A stretch of 57,844 nt of DNA from Chitinophaga pinensis (GCA_945873755.1 CAMCEM010000004.1:1-57844), one strand, 5' to 3'; counted from the first letter of the stretch, positions 1-10,471 are shown. A program made the numbers and translations. The notes: generated by a model from the sequence alone, not told the origin.

Positions 1-637
1 CAGTTAACACAATTATAATTTCACTAAAATGTTTTTCTTCAATTAAAATTACAAATCTCTTCAAATCTATTTTTTCATTTAACGACATTTCGAAACCCGT
101 ACCACTTTTAAATACCCTGCTTAAAGCATAAACAAAATTTTCATTTTGGGCGTAACCATAAAGATATTTTGCTTTGCAAAAATGCTCAAAATTTTTAATT
201 AATTGTGCTACATTTTTATTTGAAAAGTGTAGAACGAAATTCTCTAAAATTTTAGTATCAATTTTTTCTAAATCATTATAAAATTGATGCGCTATAGCAA
301 TATTCGATTTAACTATAAGCCTGTCTAACAACATTTCGAAAAGTATATGCGCTAAAAACCATTTTCTTGGAATGTGGTATAATGAATTGTATTTACTTAA
401 CTCATATGCTATAATTTCGTTGTATTTTTTAAAAAAACTGGATGGATGGAAAATTTTATCGGCATTTAAATGAGCCATACACCCCAATTGCAATTGAGTT
501 TCAAATGGAGTTAATCCTTGTATTTCATTGTTAAATTTACGGGTATAATTCCGAGCAAAATCGGGTAAAAACAATGCACTATTAAAATAGAGATTGCCAG
601 GATGGTTATCAATATAATAATGTGATAGGTAGTTCAA
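1..637 (-). CDS. ACP phosphodiesterase-like protein (AcpH/DUF479-like); 3' end runs off the window
   Basis: Not in the ORF track. Manual minus-strand translation is open from a TTG at 637..635 (stop TAA 15 codons upstream) to the window edge: (M)NYLSHYYIDNHPGNLYFNSALFLPDFARNY...GCMAHLNADKIFHPSSFF...WFLAHILFEMLLDRL. The N-terminal MNxLxH and the H..D..FH pattern resemble AcpH. Confidence 0.4.
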   Translation of the reverse strand, partial: MNYLSHYYIDNHPGNLYFNSALFLPDFARNYTRKFNNEIQGLTPFETQLQLGCMAHLNADKIFHPSSFFKKYNEIIAYELSKYNSLYHIPRKWFLAHILFEMLLDRLIVKSNIAIAHQFYNDLEKIDTKILENFVLHFSNKNVAQLIKNFEHFCKAKYLYGYAQNENFVYALSRVFKSGTGFEMSLNEKIDLKRFVILIEEKHFSEIIIVLT

Positions 638-678
638 TTTTTTAGGTGTTTAGGGGTTTATGAGTTTAGGATGGTAAT

Positions 679-1077
679 TTAATGTTGCTCCATGTCGCTT
701 AGTTCCAACTCTAAAGCATTGGTCGAAATATTAATTTCAATTAACGAAAGTGTTAACGATGCTAAAAAAATAAGTAAACTTATGCCAAAAATTATTTGCG
801 CCTCAATGGTGTAGTTTACATAAAGCAAAGCCATGCAAAGCACACATAAAAATATACTTAATACTCCCAAGCCTTGCATGTATTTTATTAATTTAATGCG
901 CAACCTTAAGTTTTTTAGCTGTGCCATTACTATTTTTTCATTTTCCCTGTTTACTAAAAATTTAGTATGCAAGTTCCTTATTAAACCTGCTAATGCCAAA
1001 AACCTATTGGTATAAGCCAGCATTAATAAACTAATGGCGGGAAATAATATGGCAGGGGTGTTTAAAGTTAATTCCAT
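679..1077 (-). CDS. DUF2721-like small membrane protein
   Basis: 132 aa with three hydrophobic segments; AISLLMLAYTNRFLALAGLIRNLH matches the DUF2721 pattern. Confidence 0.5.
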   Translation of the reverse strand: MELTLNTPAILFPAISLLMLAYTNRFLALAGLIRNLHTKFLVNRENEKIVMAQLKNLRLRIKLIKYMQGLGVLSIFLCVLCMALLYVNYTIEAQIIFGISLLIFLASLTLSLIEINISTNALELELSDMEQH

Positions 1078-1251
1078 AAATAGCTTTTAAATGCAGTAAA
1101 AGTAAGATTAATGTTCAATACTTTAATAGAATTTTGAAATAATAAACTTTAAAGGAGCCTTACTTTTGTATTTAAATTGCTATACTGATTATTAAAATTG
1201 CGAGTATATTAAAATACATCCAAATTAAAATGAATAGTTTGCTTACAAACT

Positions 1252-1710
1252 TTATTCTATTATATACTCCTCGGCTTCTAATCCATCATTTTCTAACCTA
1301 ATAATGGTTTGGTGTTTGTGTGTTCCTATAATAATTGCTTCTGCAATAAAAAAACCATCGTCTTCTTCTACTAACACATCATCAATTTCAAATCCAATTA
1401 GGTTTCGCCAAGCATTGCCATTACTGGCATCGCGAGTTTGGTATTGCAAGCTTCCTTTAAATTCTATTTGTAAATTATAATTTAATAAAGCAATATCTAG
1501 TGATGGAACAGGAATAATCATATCATTTACATCATCTGCTTTTTGAAGAATCAATTTGGCTTCATCTTTAAATTGAAACTCAATATATTCCAAAAAGCTA
1601 AATATATCTTCCGGATTTGCCTTATTTACCCAAAAATGGTAATATACTTTTTCAAGTATTTTTCCTTCGGCACTTTTCAGCAATTTTAAGTGCTCATTGT
1701 TTAAATACAT
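1252..1710 (-). CDS. hypothetical acidic cytoplasmic protein
   Basis: 152 aa ORF with no signal peptide. It starts 4 nt after the purC stop, so it is probably co-transcribed. No motif recognised. Confidence 0.5.
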   Translation of the reverse strand: MYLNNEHLKLLKSAEGKILEKVYYHFWVNKANPEDIFSFLEYIEFQFKDEAKLILQKADDVNDMIIPVPSLDIALLNYNLQIEFKGSLQYQTRDASNGNAWRNLIGFEIDDVLVEEDDGFFIAEAIIIGTHKHQTIIRLENDGLEAEEYIIE

Positions 1711-1714
1711 AAAA

Positions 1715-2665
1715 TTAATTTGAAATTTTTTCTAATTCAGCAACAATTACTTTTTCCATATTGTCTTCAAAGTTATCGTAGCCGTTTTTTTCAAATTTTT
1801 TACCAGTAATATTTTGGTATAATTCAACATAACGATTTGTAATGCTTTCTATTAAATCGTCAGGAAAAATTGGCGCTGTAGCTCCTTCTTGTCCATGAAA
1901 ACCTTCGCTTATTAACCATTGGCGAACAAACTCTTTCGATAATTGTCGTTGGTTTTGGTCCCTTGCTTGAATTTCGTTGTAAGTATCGGCATAAAAATAA
2001 CGCGATGAGTCAGGAGTATGCACTTCATCCATTAAATAAATAGTGCCATTTTTATTTCCAAATTCGTATTTGGTATCAACTAAAATTAAACCTTGTTTTA
2101 AGGCAAAATCAGTCCCAAATGCATACAAATCACGGGTATATTTTTCTATTAGTTCAAAATCGGCAGCATTTACTAACCCTTTTTCAATAATTTCGGCTTT
2201 GCTTATATCTGTATCGTGCCCACTTGTAGCTTTTATGGTAGGAGTAATAATAGGAGTTTCAAACTTTTGATTCTCTATCATACCGTCAGGCATTTCAATA
2301 CCACAAATACTGCGTTTGCCACTTTTATATTCTCGCCATGCATGGCCAGTTAAATAACCTCTAATTACAATCTCTACTTGATAAGGAATGCATTTATGAC
2401 CAATTGTTACATTGGTATGCGGAGTTGAAATAATCCAATTAGGAACAATGTTTTTTGTTAATTCGAAAAAGAATGCAGCAGTTTGGTTAAGTACTTGTCC
2501 TTTGTAAGGTATTGCCTTGGTCATTACTACATCAAATGCCGATATTCTGTCGGTTGCAATCATAACCAAAACATCTTCATTTATATTGTATACATCTCTT
2601 ACTTTTCCTCTATAAAAATTTTTTTGCTTTGGAAAAAAGAAGTTTGTAGCTATTAAAGCTTTCAT
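1715..2665 (-). CDS. purC: phosphoribosylaminoimidazole-succinocarboxamide (SAICAR) synthase
   Basis: 316 aa; YRGKVRDVY, LVMIATDRISAFD and LILVDTKYEFG are typical of long-form PurC. Confidence 0.9.
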   Translation of the reverse strand: MKALIATNFFFPKQKNFYRGKVRDVYNINEDVLVMIATDRISAFDVVMTKAIPYKGQVLNQTAAFFFELTKNIVPNWIISTPHTNVTIGHKCIPYQVEIVIRGYLTGHAWREYKSGKRSICGIEMPDGMIENQKFETPIITPTIKATSGHDTDISKAEIIEKGLVNAADFELIEKYTRDLYAFGTDFALKQGLILVDTKYEFGNKNGTIYLMDEVHTPDSSRYFYADTYNEIQARDQNQRQLSKEFVRQWLISEGFHGQEGATAPIFPDDLIESITNRYVELYQNITGKKFEKNGYDNFEDNMEKVIVAELEKISN

Positions 2666-2806
2666 ATTTGTAATTTAAGTGAACTGCAATAATAAACTTT
2701 AAGTTTTTAAATAAACTTAAAAACTGCTTATTAAAATTTTTAAGTACTCAATTTTGAAAAATAAAAGTTAGTAAATTACTATTTATTAGTAATTTATAGT
2801 ACTATT

Positions 2807-3340
2807 TTAAAACATTAAATCAAATTCTTGTTTAATAAAAATCAATGCTTTATGAGTTGGCGTTTCAGTCATTTTTATTATTTCTTCAAAAATTGCTTTG
2901 CTTAAGTCAATTCCTACACAATTAGGGCCTAAATTAGCATAAGCAGTATTTATTAAATTAATCATTTCTTCCTTTACAACCCTAACCATTTGCCAACATT
3001 GAGTTGAAACATAAAGCTGTTGCGAAATATTATGGCTAAATTCTTGGTTTATGCTTGCTATTAACTCAATTTTTAATTGAGAAGCACTTATTCCAGGTTG
3101 GTGAATTCTTATAACTAAACTTTCAGGACTAATTCTTTCTATAAAAAGAATCATTCGTTCATAAGCCTGCAGTTTTAAGGGTAATAATGATTTGTCTTGT
3201 TCCTTTCGTAAATCAAGCATTCTCTTTTGGTACTTGTCGTCAAAAAAAGCTTTTTGTTGGTAGTAAACAACCAAAAATATGACTAATGCGGGCAATAAAT
3301 ATTTTATAAATTCTAAAAAAAACTGAAAACTTTCGTTCAT
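2807..3340 (-). CDS. hypothetical N-terminally membrane-anchored protein
   Basis: 177 aa with a single N-terminal TM segment (LLPALVIFLVVYY). No known motif recognised. Confidence 0.5.
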   Translation of the reverse strand: MNESFQFFLEFIKYLLPALVIFLVVYYQQKAFFDDKYQKRMLDLRKEQDKSLLPLKLQAYERMILFIERISPESLVIRIHQPGISASQLKIELIASINQEFSHNISQQLYVSTQCWQMVRVVKEEMINLINTAYANLGPNCVGIDLSKAIFEEIIKMTETPTHKALIFIKQEFDLMF

Positions 3341-3372
3341 AATTTGCTTATTAATTAATTTAAAAAGTAATG

Positions 3373-4227
3373 TTATTCCATTACATTTTCTTCTTTTTCT
3401 ATTGTTTCTTCAACTTCTTCCAATGGTATTTCATCTTCCGAATTTATAGCATGATCGATATTGAAATCTTCTTTTTCAATAACCGGTTCAAAATTGTAAT
3501 TTTTAACTAGTTCTAAGGTTTTTTCGGCAGCTTGCTGTTCCGCTTGCTTTTTATTTGTATGCTCCGAATTACCAAAATGAACATTGTTAATTATAGCACC
3601 TACTCTATAAATTTTTTGTTTGCCATGAGTTATTTCACTCACATCCATATCTAAACTTAAACCATTTTTCTGGGTAAATTCAATCAATCTACCTTTAAAA
3701 TTTTTTTCAGTTTGCTGTAATTTGTCTACGTCTATATGGTAGCGGAGTAGTTTTTCAATTATAAAATATTTCGATTTTTTAAAACCTTTATCTAAAAAAA
3801 TTGCACCAATGAAAGCTTCTAACGCATTGCCAAAAATACTGTTTCTAACATTAATGTTTTGCATGCTTTTTTTATCATACTCAACTAATTTGCTCAATCC
3901 AATTTTTAAAGCTAAGTCATTTAAACTAACCCTACTTACTATTTTTGAACGTAGTTCGGTTAAAAATCCTTCATCTTTGTAAGGATATTTTTTAAATAAA
4001 AATTCTGCAATAACAGCATTTAAAATAGCATCGCCCAAAAACTCCAATCTTTCATTACTATTTTTACTCCCATTTTGGTGTATTTTACTTGCAATTGAAT
4101 GGTGCCTTAACGATTGTTGGTAACAACTTAAGTTTATAGGAAATAATCCAGTAATCTGTTTTATTTTAAAATATAAAACACGATTATTTGAAAAATAATA
4201 TTTAAAAAGAGTAAAAAAAGAAACCAA
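3373..4227 (-). CDS. rnc: ribonuclease III
   Basis: RNase III signature ERLEFLGDAILNAVIAEFLF followed by a dsRBD-like region. There is an extra ~40 aa acidic C-terminal tail. Confidence 0.9.
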   Translation of the reverse strand: MVSFFTLFKYYFSNNRVLYFKIKQITGLFPINLSCYQQSLRHHSIASKIHQNGSKNSNERLEFLGDAILNAVIAEFLFKKYPYKDEGFLTELRSKIVSRVSLNDLALKIGLSKLVEYDKKSMQNINVRNSIFGNALEAFIGAIFLDKGFKKSKYFIIEKLLRYHIDVDKLQQTEKNFKGRLIEFTQKNGLSLDMDVSEITHGKQKIYRVGAIINNVHFGNSEHTNKKQAEQQAAEKTLELVKNYNFEPVIEKEDFNIDHAINSEDEIPLEEVEETIEKEENVME

Positions 4228-4229
4228 TT

Positions 4230-5483
4230 TTATTCTTCAAATTTCTTTATTATAACAGAAGCATTATGTCCGCCAAAGCCAAATGTATTACTTAATACCA
4301 CTTTTACTTCTTTGTGCTGAGCCTTATTAAATGTTAAATTTAATCTTTTATCAAATGCAGGATCATCGTTAAAGTGATTGATAGTTGGAGGAATAATTCC
4401 TTTATTAATGGCTAACAAACCTGCAATGGCTTCAATAGCTCCAGCTCCACCCAATAAGTGACCTGTCATTGATTTGGTAGAACTAATATTTAAATTAAAA
4501 GCATGTTCACCAAAAACGGTTTGTATTGCTTTTATTTCTTGCGGATCGCCAAGCGGTGTTGATGTTCCATGTACATTTACATAATCAATTTCTGAAGGTT
4601 GCATTCCTGCATCTAATAATGCTGCTTTCATAACATTGGCAGCGCCTATTCCTTCTGGATGTGGAGCTGTCATGTGATAAGCATCGGCTGTTGCTCCGTA
4701 ACCTACCATTTCGCCATAAATTTTAGCACCTCGGGCTTTTGCATGTTCTAATTCTTCTAAAATTAAAGCACCGGCACCTTCACCTAAAACAAATCCATCT
4801 CTATCCACATCAAATGGCCTAGAAGCTGTTTCAGGACTATCGTTTCTTTCAGATAAAGCTTTCATTGAATTAAAACCACCCATTGCGGCTTCATTAACTA
4901 CTGCTTCAGAGCCTCCAGTTAAAATCATATCGGCTCTATTTGATTGAATATACATAAATGCATCTCCAATTGCATTGGTGCTTGATGCACATGCCGAAAC
5001 AACTGCAAAATTAGGACCTCTAAAACCATACTTAATTGAAATTAAACCAGCAGCAATATCTGCAATCATCATTGGAATAAAGAAAGGACTGAAACGAGGT
5101 ACACCATCTCCTTTTGCAAAAGCAGTTACTTCGTCTAAAAAAGTTTTTAAGCCACCAATTCCTGATGCCCAAATAACTCCTACTCTATCTTTATTGATGG
5201 TTTCTAAATTTATGCCACTGTCAGTTACAGCTTCATCGCTGGTAACCATAGCAAATTGTGTAAATCTATCCATTCTCCTCGCATCTTTTTTGTCGAGAAA
5301 TTTATTTGGATCGAAATTTTTAACTTCGCAAGCAAATTTTGTTTTGAAATGGGTGGTATCAAATTGGGTAATAGGCGCACTGCCACTTACCCCATTTGAT
5401 AAACCATTCCAATACTCCTGCAAACTGTTACCTATCGGAGTTATTGCCCCGAGGCCAGTAATTACTACTCTGCGTTTATGCAT
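4230..5483 (-). CDS. fabF: beta-ketoacyl-ACP synthase II
   Basis: 417 aa; active-site Cys context VVSACASS; HGTSTPLGD; KSMTGHLLGGAG; NTFGFGGHN. Confidence 0.95.
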   Translation of the reverse strand: MHKRRVVITGLGAITPIGNSLQEYWNGLSNGVSGSAPITQFDTTHFKTKFACEVKNFDPNKFLDKKDARRMDRFTQFAMVTSDEAVTDSGINLETINKDRVGVIWASGIGGLKTFLDEVTAFAKGDGVPRFSPFFIPMMIADIAAGLISIKYGFRGPNFAVVSACASSTNAIGDAFMYIQSNRADMILTGGSEAVVNEAAMGGFNSMKALSERNDSPETASRPFDVDRDGFVLGEGAGALILEELEHAKARGAKIYGEMVGYGATADAYHMTAPHPEGIGAANVMKAALLDAGMQPSEIDYVNVHGTSTPLGDPQEIKAIQTVFGEHAFNLNISSTKSMTGHLLGGAGAIEAIAGLLAINKGIIPPTINHFNDDPAFDKRLNLTFNKAQHKEVKVVLSNTFGFGGHNASVIIKKFEE

Positions 5484-5533
5484 TTGAGATTAGTTTTGGG
5501 AGATGTTTGTTTTTAATTTTTTTTTAAAAGCAA

Positions 5534-5773
5534 TTATGCTTTTACATTTTGTTCAATGTAGCTAACAGCTTGTCCAACTGTTCCAATTTTTTCTGCTTGA
5601 TCATCAGGTATTGCAATATTAAATTCTTTTTCAAATTCCATAATAAGCTCAACAGTATCTAATGAATCTGCACCTAAGTCGTTTGTAAAACTTGCCTCGT
5701 CTGTAATTTCAGCTTCTTCAACACCAAGTTTATCCATGATGATGGTTTTTACTTTTCCTTTAATTTCTGACAT
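5534..5773 (-). CDS. acpP: acyl carrier protein
   Basis: 79 aa with the phosphopantetheine site [17 protein letters not shown]. Confidence 0.95.
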   Translation of the reverse strand: MSEIKGKVKTIIMDKLGVEEAEITDEASFTNDLGADSLDTVELIMEFEKEFNIAIPDDQAEKIGTVGQAVSYIEQNVKA

Positions 5774-5999
5774 TTTAGTATAATTTAATTTTTAATGTGG
5801 TTGCAAATAAAGTGGTTTTTATCAAAAAAATAAACTTTTATATATTTTAATACGGTTTGTTTCTTACTAATTAGTTAATTATTAATTATCTATTTTTATA
5901 ATATTTAGCTTAAACAATTGATTTACTGAAATATTTTTGTTATTTTTTTAAAAAATTAATGTTAATAATATTTAAAAGTTTATGAAAAATATTTATCAG

Positions 6000-6644
6000 C
6001 TAAAGCTTTATTCCAAACGCCAAATCGCCTGCATCTCCTAATCCAGGAACTATATAACTATTTTCATTTAATTCATTATCAATATCAGCAACATATATAA
6101 TGGCTTCTGGAATTAATTTTTGAATGTTTTCAATTCCTTGTTTGCTTGCAATTAAACATGTTAATATTACTTTAGATGGAGTTCCATGCTTACAAAATGC
6201 TTTGTACGCCAAATACAAACTTTTACCAGTGGCTAACATTGGATCAACAATAATAAAGGTTCTATTTTCCAAATTTGGTGACGCCATATATTCAACAATT
6301 ACTTCAAAATCTTCTGGAGTTGAATGTTTTCTGTAAGCTGAAACAAATGCCGATTCTGACTCGTCAAAAAAATCGATAAAACCCTCGTGAAGTGCTAACC
6401 CGGCTCTTAAAATGCTGCCTATAACTGGTGGATTTTCCATAACTTTTGAAACATGGCTTGTTAAGGGCGTTTCAATTTTCTTATTAATATAAACTAGCGT
6501 TTTACTTATTTCATAAGCCATTATTTGAGCTACTCTAAATAAGTTTTTTCTAAACCTAAGCGAATCTTTCTGAATTTCTTTATCTCTTATTTGTGTTAAA
6601 TAATGAAGTATTAAAGAATTGTTTTCAGATAAATTAATAACCAT
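6000..6644 (-). CDS. upp: uracil phosphoribosyltransferase
   Basis: 214 aa; PRPP-binding IIVDPMLATGKS; C-terminal YIVPGLGDAGD. Confidence 0.9.
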   Translation of the reverse strand: MVINLSENNSLILHYLTQIRDKEIQKDSLRFRKNLFRVAQIMAYEISKTLVYINKKIETPLTSHVSKVMENPPVIGSILRAGLALHEGFIDFFDESESAFVSAYRKHSTPEDFEVIVEYMASPNLENRTFIIVDPMLATGKSLYLAYKAFCKHGTPSKVILTCLIASKQGIENIQKLIPEAIIYVADIDNELNENSYIVPGLGDAGDLAFGIKL

Positions 6645-6651
6645 AAAATTA

Positions 6652-7839
6652 CTATTTTATTATTGGCGTTTTATAAACTTTAACTGAATCTGTTTTTATA
6701 GCAGTAGTTTTAGTTTTTAAAATTGGTTTTATAGCCTTAATTTGGTATTTTAACCTGTCTTGTTTTGTTAAAGTTCTAACTTTTAAAATACTATCTATAG
6801 CATTTTGATTTTTATTTATTGGTAAATTATTATTTGTTACCTGTACCATTGGTATTGGGTCGGTTAAATCGGTAGGAAAAATTCTAACACCATAATCACT
6901 TCCACCTTTCAACATAGGTGCAACAGCTATTTGACTGTATCTTTTTAGGAAAGTTAAGCCTCTTGCATTGTATTTTTGGTTCGATATACTTTCAATTAAT
7001 TTACCTGTTAGTACTTCCCATATTTTTACACTTCCATCGTTACAACCAGTAGCGCAATATTTGCTATCGAAACTAAATGCAACAGAAGTAACTTTCCAGC
7101 AATCAACATTTAATTTAAACAATTCTTTTCCTGTTTTCAAATCCCAAATTCTTGCGCTTTTATCATTACTTCCACTTAATAAATAAAGTTGATTTGGACT
7201 AATTTCAATTGCATTTATTGCATCGGTATGTCCAATAAATGATCGTTGTACTTGACTATTTGCTACATTTAAAACATTAATTATTGGATCTTGCCCGCCC
7301 ACAAAAACTGTTTTTGGATCATAGCTCATTGCTAATGTATTAACAGGGCCATTATTTTTAAGTTCTCTCAATTTTTTTTGTGTATCAATACTCCAAATAA
7401 TTATTTTTCCTTCATCATCTCCACTAAATACTACCCTTCCACTATTATCGAACATTAAAGCATTTATGTTTGAAACATGTCCATCGGCAGCAACCAACAT
7501 TTTAGTTTTTTTAAAAGTACTATCAAAAATATTTACTACAAAATCGTTTGATGCACTTGCTAATAAACTACCTTGCTTATTAAACTTTAAAGTATTTATC
7601 TGCGCTCGGTGAGCATTAGGAATTGATTTAATCAATTTAAAGGTAGTATCGCCTGAGTAAAAGTTTATAGAATTATCCCAACCTGCTGATGCTAAAATAT
7701 TGTATTTTAATGAAAAAGCTACTGCGTTTACATCATTGTTATGACCGGGTAAAATTAAATATGGCTCTGAAATTTGCTTTTGAGCAAATATAAAACCTGA
7801 AAAAAGTAAAAATAATAAAACTACAATGGTTCTTTTCAT
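6652..7839 (-). CDS. secreted WD40-repeat protein
   Basis: Signal peptide MKRTIVVLLFLLFSGFIFAQ. Repeated WD-like units: SAGWDNSINFY, SASNDFVVNIFD, SGDDEGKIIIW, SGSNDKSARIWD, TGCNDGSVKIWE. Confidence 0.8.
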   Translation of the reverse strand: MKRTIVVLLFLLFSGFIFAQKQISEPYLILPGHNNDVNAVAFSLKYNILASAGWDNSINFYSGDTTFKLIKSIPNAHRAQINTLKFNKQGSLLASASNDFVVNIFDSTFKKTKMLVAADGHVSNINALMFDNSGRVVFSGDDEGKIIIWSIDTQKKLRELKNNGPVNTLAMSYDPKTVFVGGQDPIINVLNVANSQVQRSFIGHTDAINAIEISPNQLYLLSGSNDKSARIWDLKTGKELFKLNVDCWKVTSVAFSFDSKYCATGCNDGSVKIWEVLTGKLIESISNQKYNARGLTFLKRYSQIAVAPMLKGGSDYGVRIFPTDLTDPIPMVQVTNNNLPINKNQNAIDSILKVRTLTKQDRLKYQIKAIKPILKTKTTAIKTDSVKVYKTPIIK

Positions 7840-7921
7840 GAAATGATTATACTGTATAAATGTTGCAAATTAATATTATTATCGAAAAAAGTTTAATTTT
7901 AAATAAAAACCCAAAAAATAA

Positions 7922-8563
7922 TTATTTATTGTATTTGGGAAACGACTTACAAAATTGAACTAAATTACAACTATTACACTTAGGTGAACGAGCAGTACAA
8001 GTATACCTTCCATGTAATATTAACCAATGGTGGGCAACAGCAATAAATTCTTCCGGAATATTTTTAACCAATTCTTTTTCAGTTTGTAAAGGCGTTTTTG
8101 AATTTGTTGTTAATCCTAATCGGTTACTTACCCTAAACACATGTGTATCAACCGCCATACTTGGCTGATTAAAGATAACAGATGTAATTACATTGGCTGT
8201 TTTTCTTCCTACTCCGGGTAATTTTATCAAATCTTCTGTGGTTTCAGGAACTTGATTATTAAAATTACTAACTAACATTTTGGCCATGCCAATTAAATGC
8301 TTGCTTTTATTACTTGGATAACTTACAGATTTTATATAAAAAAAAACTTCATCAAATTCAGCTTCTGCTAATTTTTGTGGTGTTGGAAATGCTTTAAATA
8401 ATTCTGGTGTTATTAAATTTATTCTTTTATCGGTACACTGAGCAGATAAAATTACAGCAATTAAAAGCTGAAAAGGGTTTTCGTAATTTAACTCTGTTTC
8501 GGCAATTGGCTGATTGGTTTTAAAATAATTTATAACTTGTTCATAACGATCTTTCTTTTTCAT
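7922..8563 (-). CDS. nth: endonuclease III
   Basis: HhH-GPD motif LPGVGRKTANVI...VDTHVFRV; C-terminal Fe-S cysteine cluster CTARSPKCNSCNLVQFC. Confidence 0.9.
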   Translation of the reverse strand: MKKKDRYEQVINYFKTNQPIAETELNYENPFQLLIAVILSAQCTDKRINLITPELFKAFPTPQKLAEAEFDEVFFYIKSVSYPSNKSKHLIGMAKMLVSNFNNQVPETTEDLIKLPGVGRKTANVITSVIFNQPSMAVDTHVFRVSNRLGLTTNSKTPLQTEKELVKNIPEEFIAVAHHWLILHGRYTCTARSPKCNSCNLVQFCKSFPKYNK

Positions 8564-8655
8564 ACATTAAAAATTGAAATTTATTTAAAAAAATACATTC
8601 TAATTAACATAACCATTAAGCTATTGTTTATTATTGCTCCAAAATAAAACAAAAC

Positions 8656-9171
8656 ATGAAAATTATTTTAACTATTTTACTTATTGTAACTTTTAATTAT
8701 TCAACAATTGCTCAGGAAAATACTGACAGTTTAATGAATGCGTTTATTCCAGCAAAAAAAACCGCAGTTTATTATAAAAACAAAACCATTCAATTTAAAA
8801 CAAACGATAGTATAAATCCTGATTATGAAATTATTGCAGGAAAAGCATTGGTTTTTGATTATGATTATCATAGTAAAGATATAATTAGCATGTCGGATGA
8901 TGAAGTGTCGGAAAAAATATTATTTGAAGTGAAACCAAAAAGTAAAAGTTTTTATATAGCAGATAAAAAACTAACTCAAGCGCATTTAATGTTTATGCAA
9001 AGTTGTTTTTGCATGGATGCTGGAAACTATGTAATTAAAAGTGGTTTTATTAATGGAACTAAAATTAGCAATAATACTTGGAAAGTAAAGTTTAAATTTA
9101 CCTACGTAGCACGCAATACTAAAAATAAAGTAACAAAAAACTTTACAATTAAATTTAAATTAGCAAAGTAA
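8656..9171 (+). CDS. hypothetical secreted protein
   Basis: 171 aa; signal peptide MKIILTILLIVTFNYSTIAQ. No recognised domain. Confidence 0.5.
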   Translation: MKIILTILLIVTFNYSTIAQENTDSLMNAFIPAKKTAVYYKNKTIQFKTNDSINPDYEIIAGKALVFDYDYHSKDIISMSDDEVSEKILFEVKPKSKSFYIADKKLTQAHLMFMQSCFCMDAGNYVIKSGFINGTKISNNTWKVKFKFTYVARNTKNKVTKNFTIKFKLAK

Positions 9172-9660
9172 ATGATTGAAAATATAGCGTTTACAATTAA
9201 AAAAGCTACTATCAATGATTGCAAAACTATATTAGAATTAATATTTGATATAGCTCAATACGAAAACCTTTCGGAGGAAGTAATAAATACGAGAGAAAAA
9301 ATTGAAACTTATTTGTTTGGCGATAAAAAATTTGCTGAATGTTTCTTAGCATTTGAAAATGAAATTCCAGTTGGGTTTTCATTATTTTTTCACAATTACA
9401 GCACTTTTGTAGGTAAGCCCGGTATATATCTTGAAGATTTATTTGTAAAAGAACAATTCAGGGGAAAAGGTTACGGTAAAAAACTTCTAATTAATTTAAT
9501 TAAAGTGGCCAAAGATAGAAACTGTGGAAGAGTGGAATGGAGTGTGCTTGATTGGAATAAACCTGCAATTAATTTTTATGAAAGTTTAGGTGCCGAACCT
9601 ATGAAAGGTTGGACTGTTTATAGACTCAATGAACAAAAAATTGAATTATTAGCAAATTAA
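9172..9660 (+). CDS. GNAT family N-acetyltransferase
   Basis: 162 aa; acetyl-CoA binding motif QFRGKGYGKKLL. It starts on the base after the upstream stop. Confidence 0.8.
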   Translation: MIENIAFTIKKATINDCKTILELIFDIAQYENLSEEVINTREKIETYLFGDKKFAECFLAFENEIPVGFSLFFHNYSTFVGKPGIYLEDLFVKEQFRGKGYGKKLLINLIKVAKDRNCGRVEWSVLDWNKPAINFYESLGAEPMKGWTVYRLNEQKIELLAN

Positions 9661-9662
9661 AA

Positions 9663-10142
9663 ATGGTTATTGATATTTATACTGATGGTTCGGCAAGAGG
9701 TAACCCAGGAAATGGGGGTTATGGTATAGTTTTAACCAGTGGAAATTTCAGAAAAGAACTTTCGGCAGGTTACCGGTTAACAACTAATAACCGCATGGAG
9801 TTATTGGCAGTTATTGTGGCATTGCAACAATTAAAAAAACCAAACATGCAAGTAAATATTTATACTGATAGTAAATATGTGTGCGATGCCATTGAAAAGA
9901 AATGGGTTTTTGGCTGGAAACAAAAAAACTTTGCAGGCAAAAAAAATGGTGATTTATGGAACGAGTTTTTGAAAATATATGCCCAACACCAAGTAAAAAT
10001 GCATTGGGTAAAAGGTCATGCAGGCCACCCGGGAAATGAACGATGTGATGTATTGGCAACAGAAGCTGCCGATAATAAAACAAATTTGTTAATTGATGTA
10101 GTTTACGAACAACTACAAAAATCAGAAAATGGGTTATTGTAA
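9663..10142 (+). CDS. rnhA: ribonuclease HI
   Basis: IYTDGSARGNPGNGGYG, NNRMELLAV, IYTDSKYV and HWVKGHAGHPGNERCDVLA. Confidence 0.9.
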   Translation: MVIDIYTDGSARGNPGNGGYGIVLTSGNFRKELSAGYRLTTNNRMELLAVIVALQQLKKPNMQVNIYTDSKYVCDAIEKKWVFGWKQKNFAGKKNGDLWNEFLKIYAQHQVKMHWVKGHAGHPGNERCDVLATEAADNKTNLLIDVVYEQLQKSENGLL

Positions 10143-10258
10143 TTTTTCGTTACATTTAGATATTTATCTTTGTCAGAGTATTTTGTAGTTTTTATGATAC
10201 ATTTATATTGATTATTTTTATAATCATTTCTGTTAAATTTGTTTTCAAAATTTGAAAA

Positions 10259-10471
10259 ATGAAAGTAATACTTGATATAAAAGAAATTAGAATTCCTTTT
10301 TTTATGGAACTAGTTAAAAGTCTTGACTATATAAGTGTTGCAAAAGAAATTAAAAATGAACAGAAAGGTCGTTTTATTGAGGAAATGGCAGAAGCATTTA
10401 ATGATGTAAAACTTCATGAACAAGGAAAGATTAAACTAAAATCAGCAAAAAGTCTTTTAGATGAGCTTTAA
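10259..10471 (+). CDS. putative type II antitoxin (partner of the degraded RelE/ParE-like toxin)
   Basis: 70 aa; overlaps the downstream toxin start by 11 nt. The C-terminal KLKSAKSLLDEL pattern is typical of small Bacteroidota antitoxins. Confidence 0.5.
   Translation: MKVILDIKEIRIPFFMELVKSLDYISVAKEIKNEQKGRFIEEMAEAFNDVKLHEQGKIKLKSAKSLLDEL

Noticed and set aside
4975-5487. A 170 aa plus-strand ORF antisense to fabF, and similar shadow ORFs (2043..2270, 9811..10083, 19751..20071, 24387..24695, 32046..32396, 38323..38637, 49511..49819, 50241..50714 and others).
   Set aside because: Each lies entirely within a confidently identified gene on the opposite strand and has no recognisable motif. 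These are typical antisense shadow ORFs.
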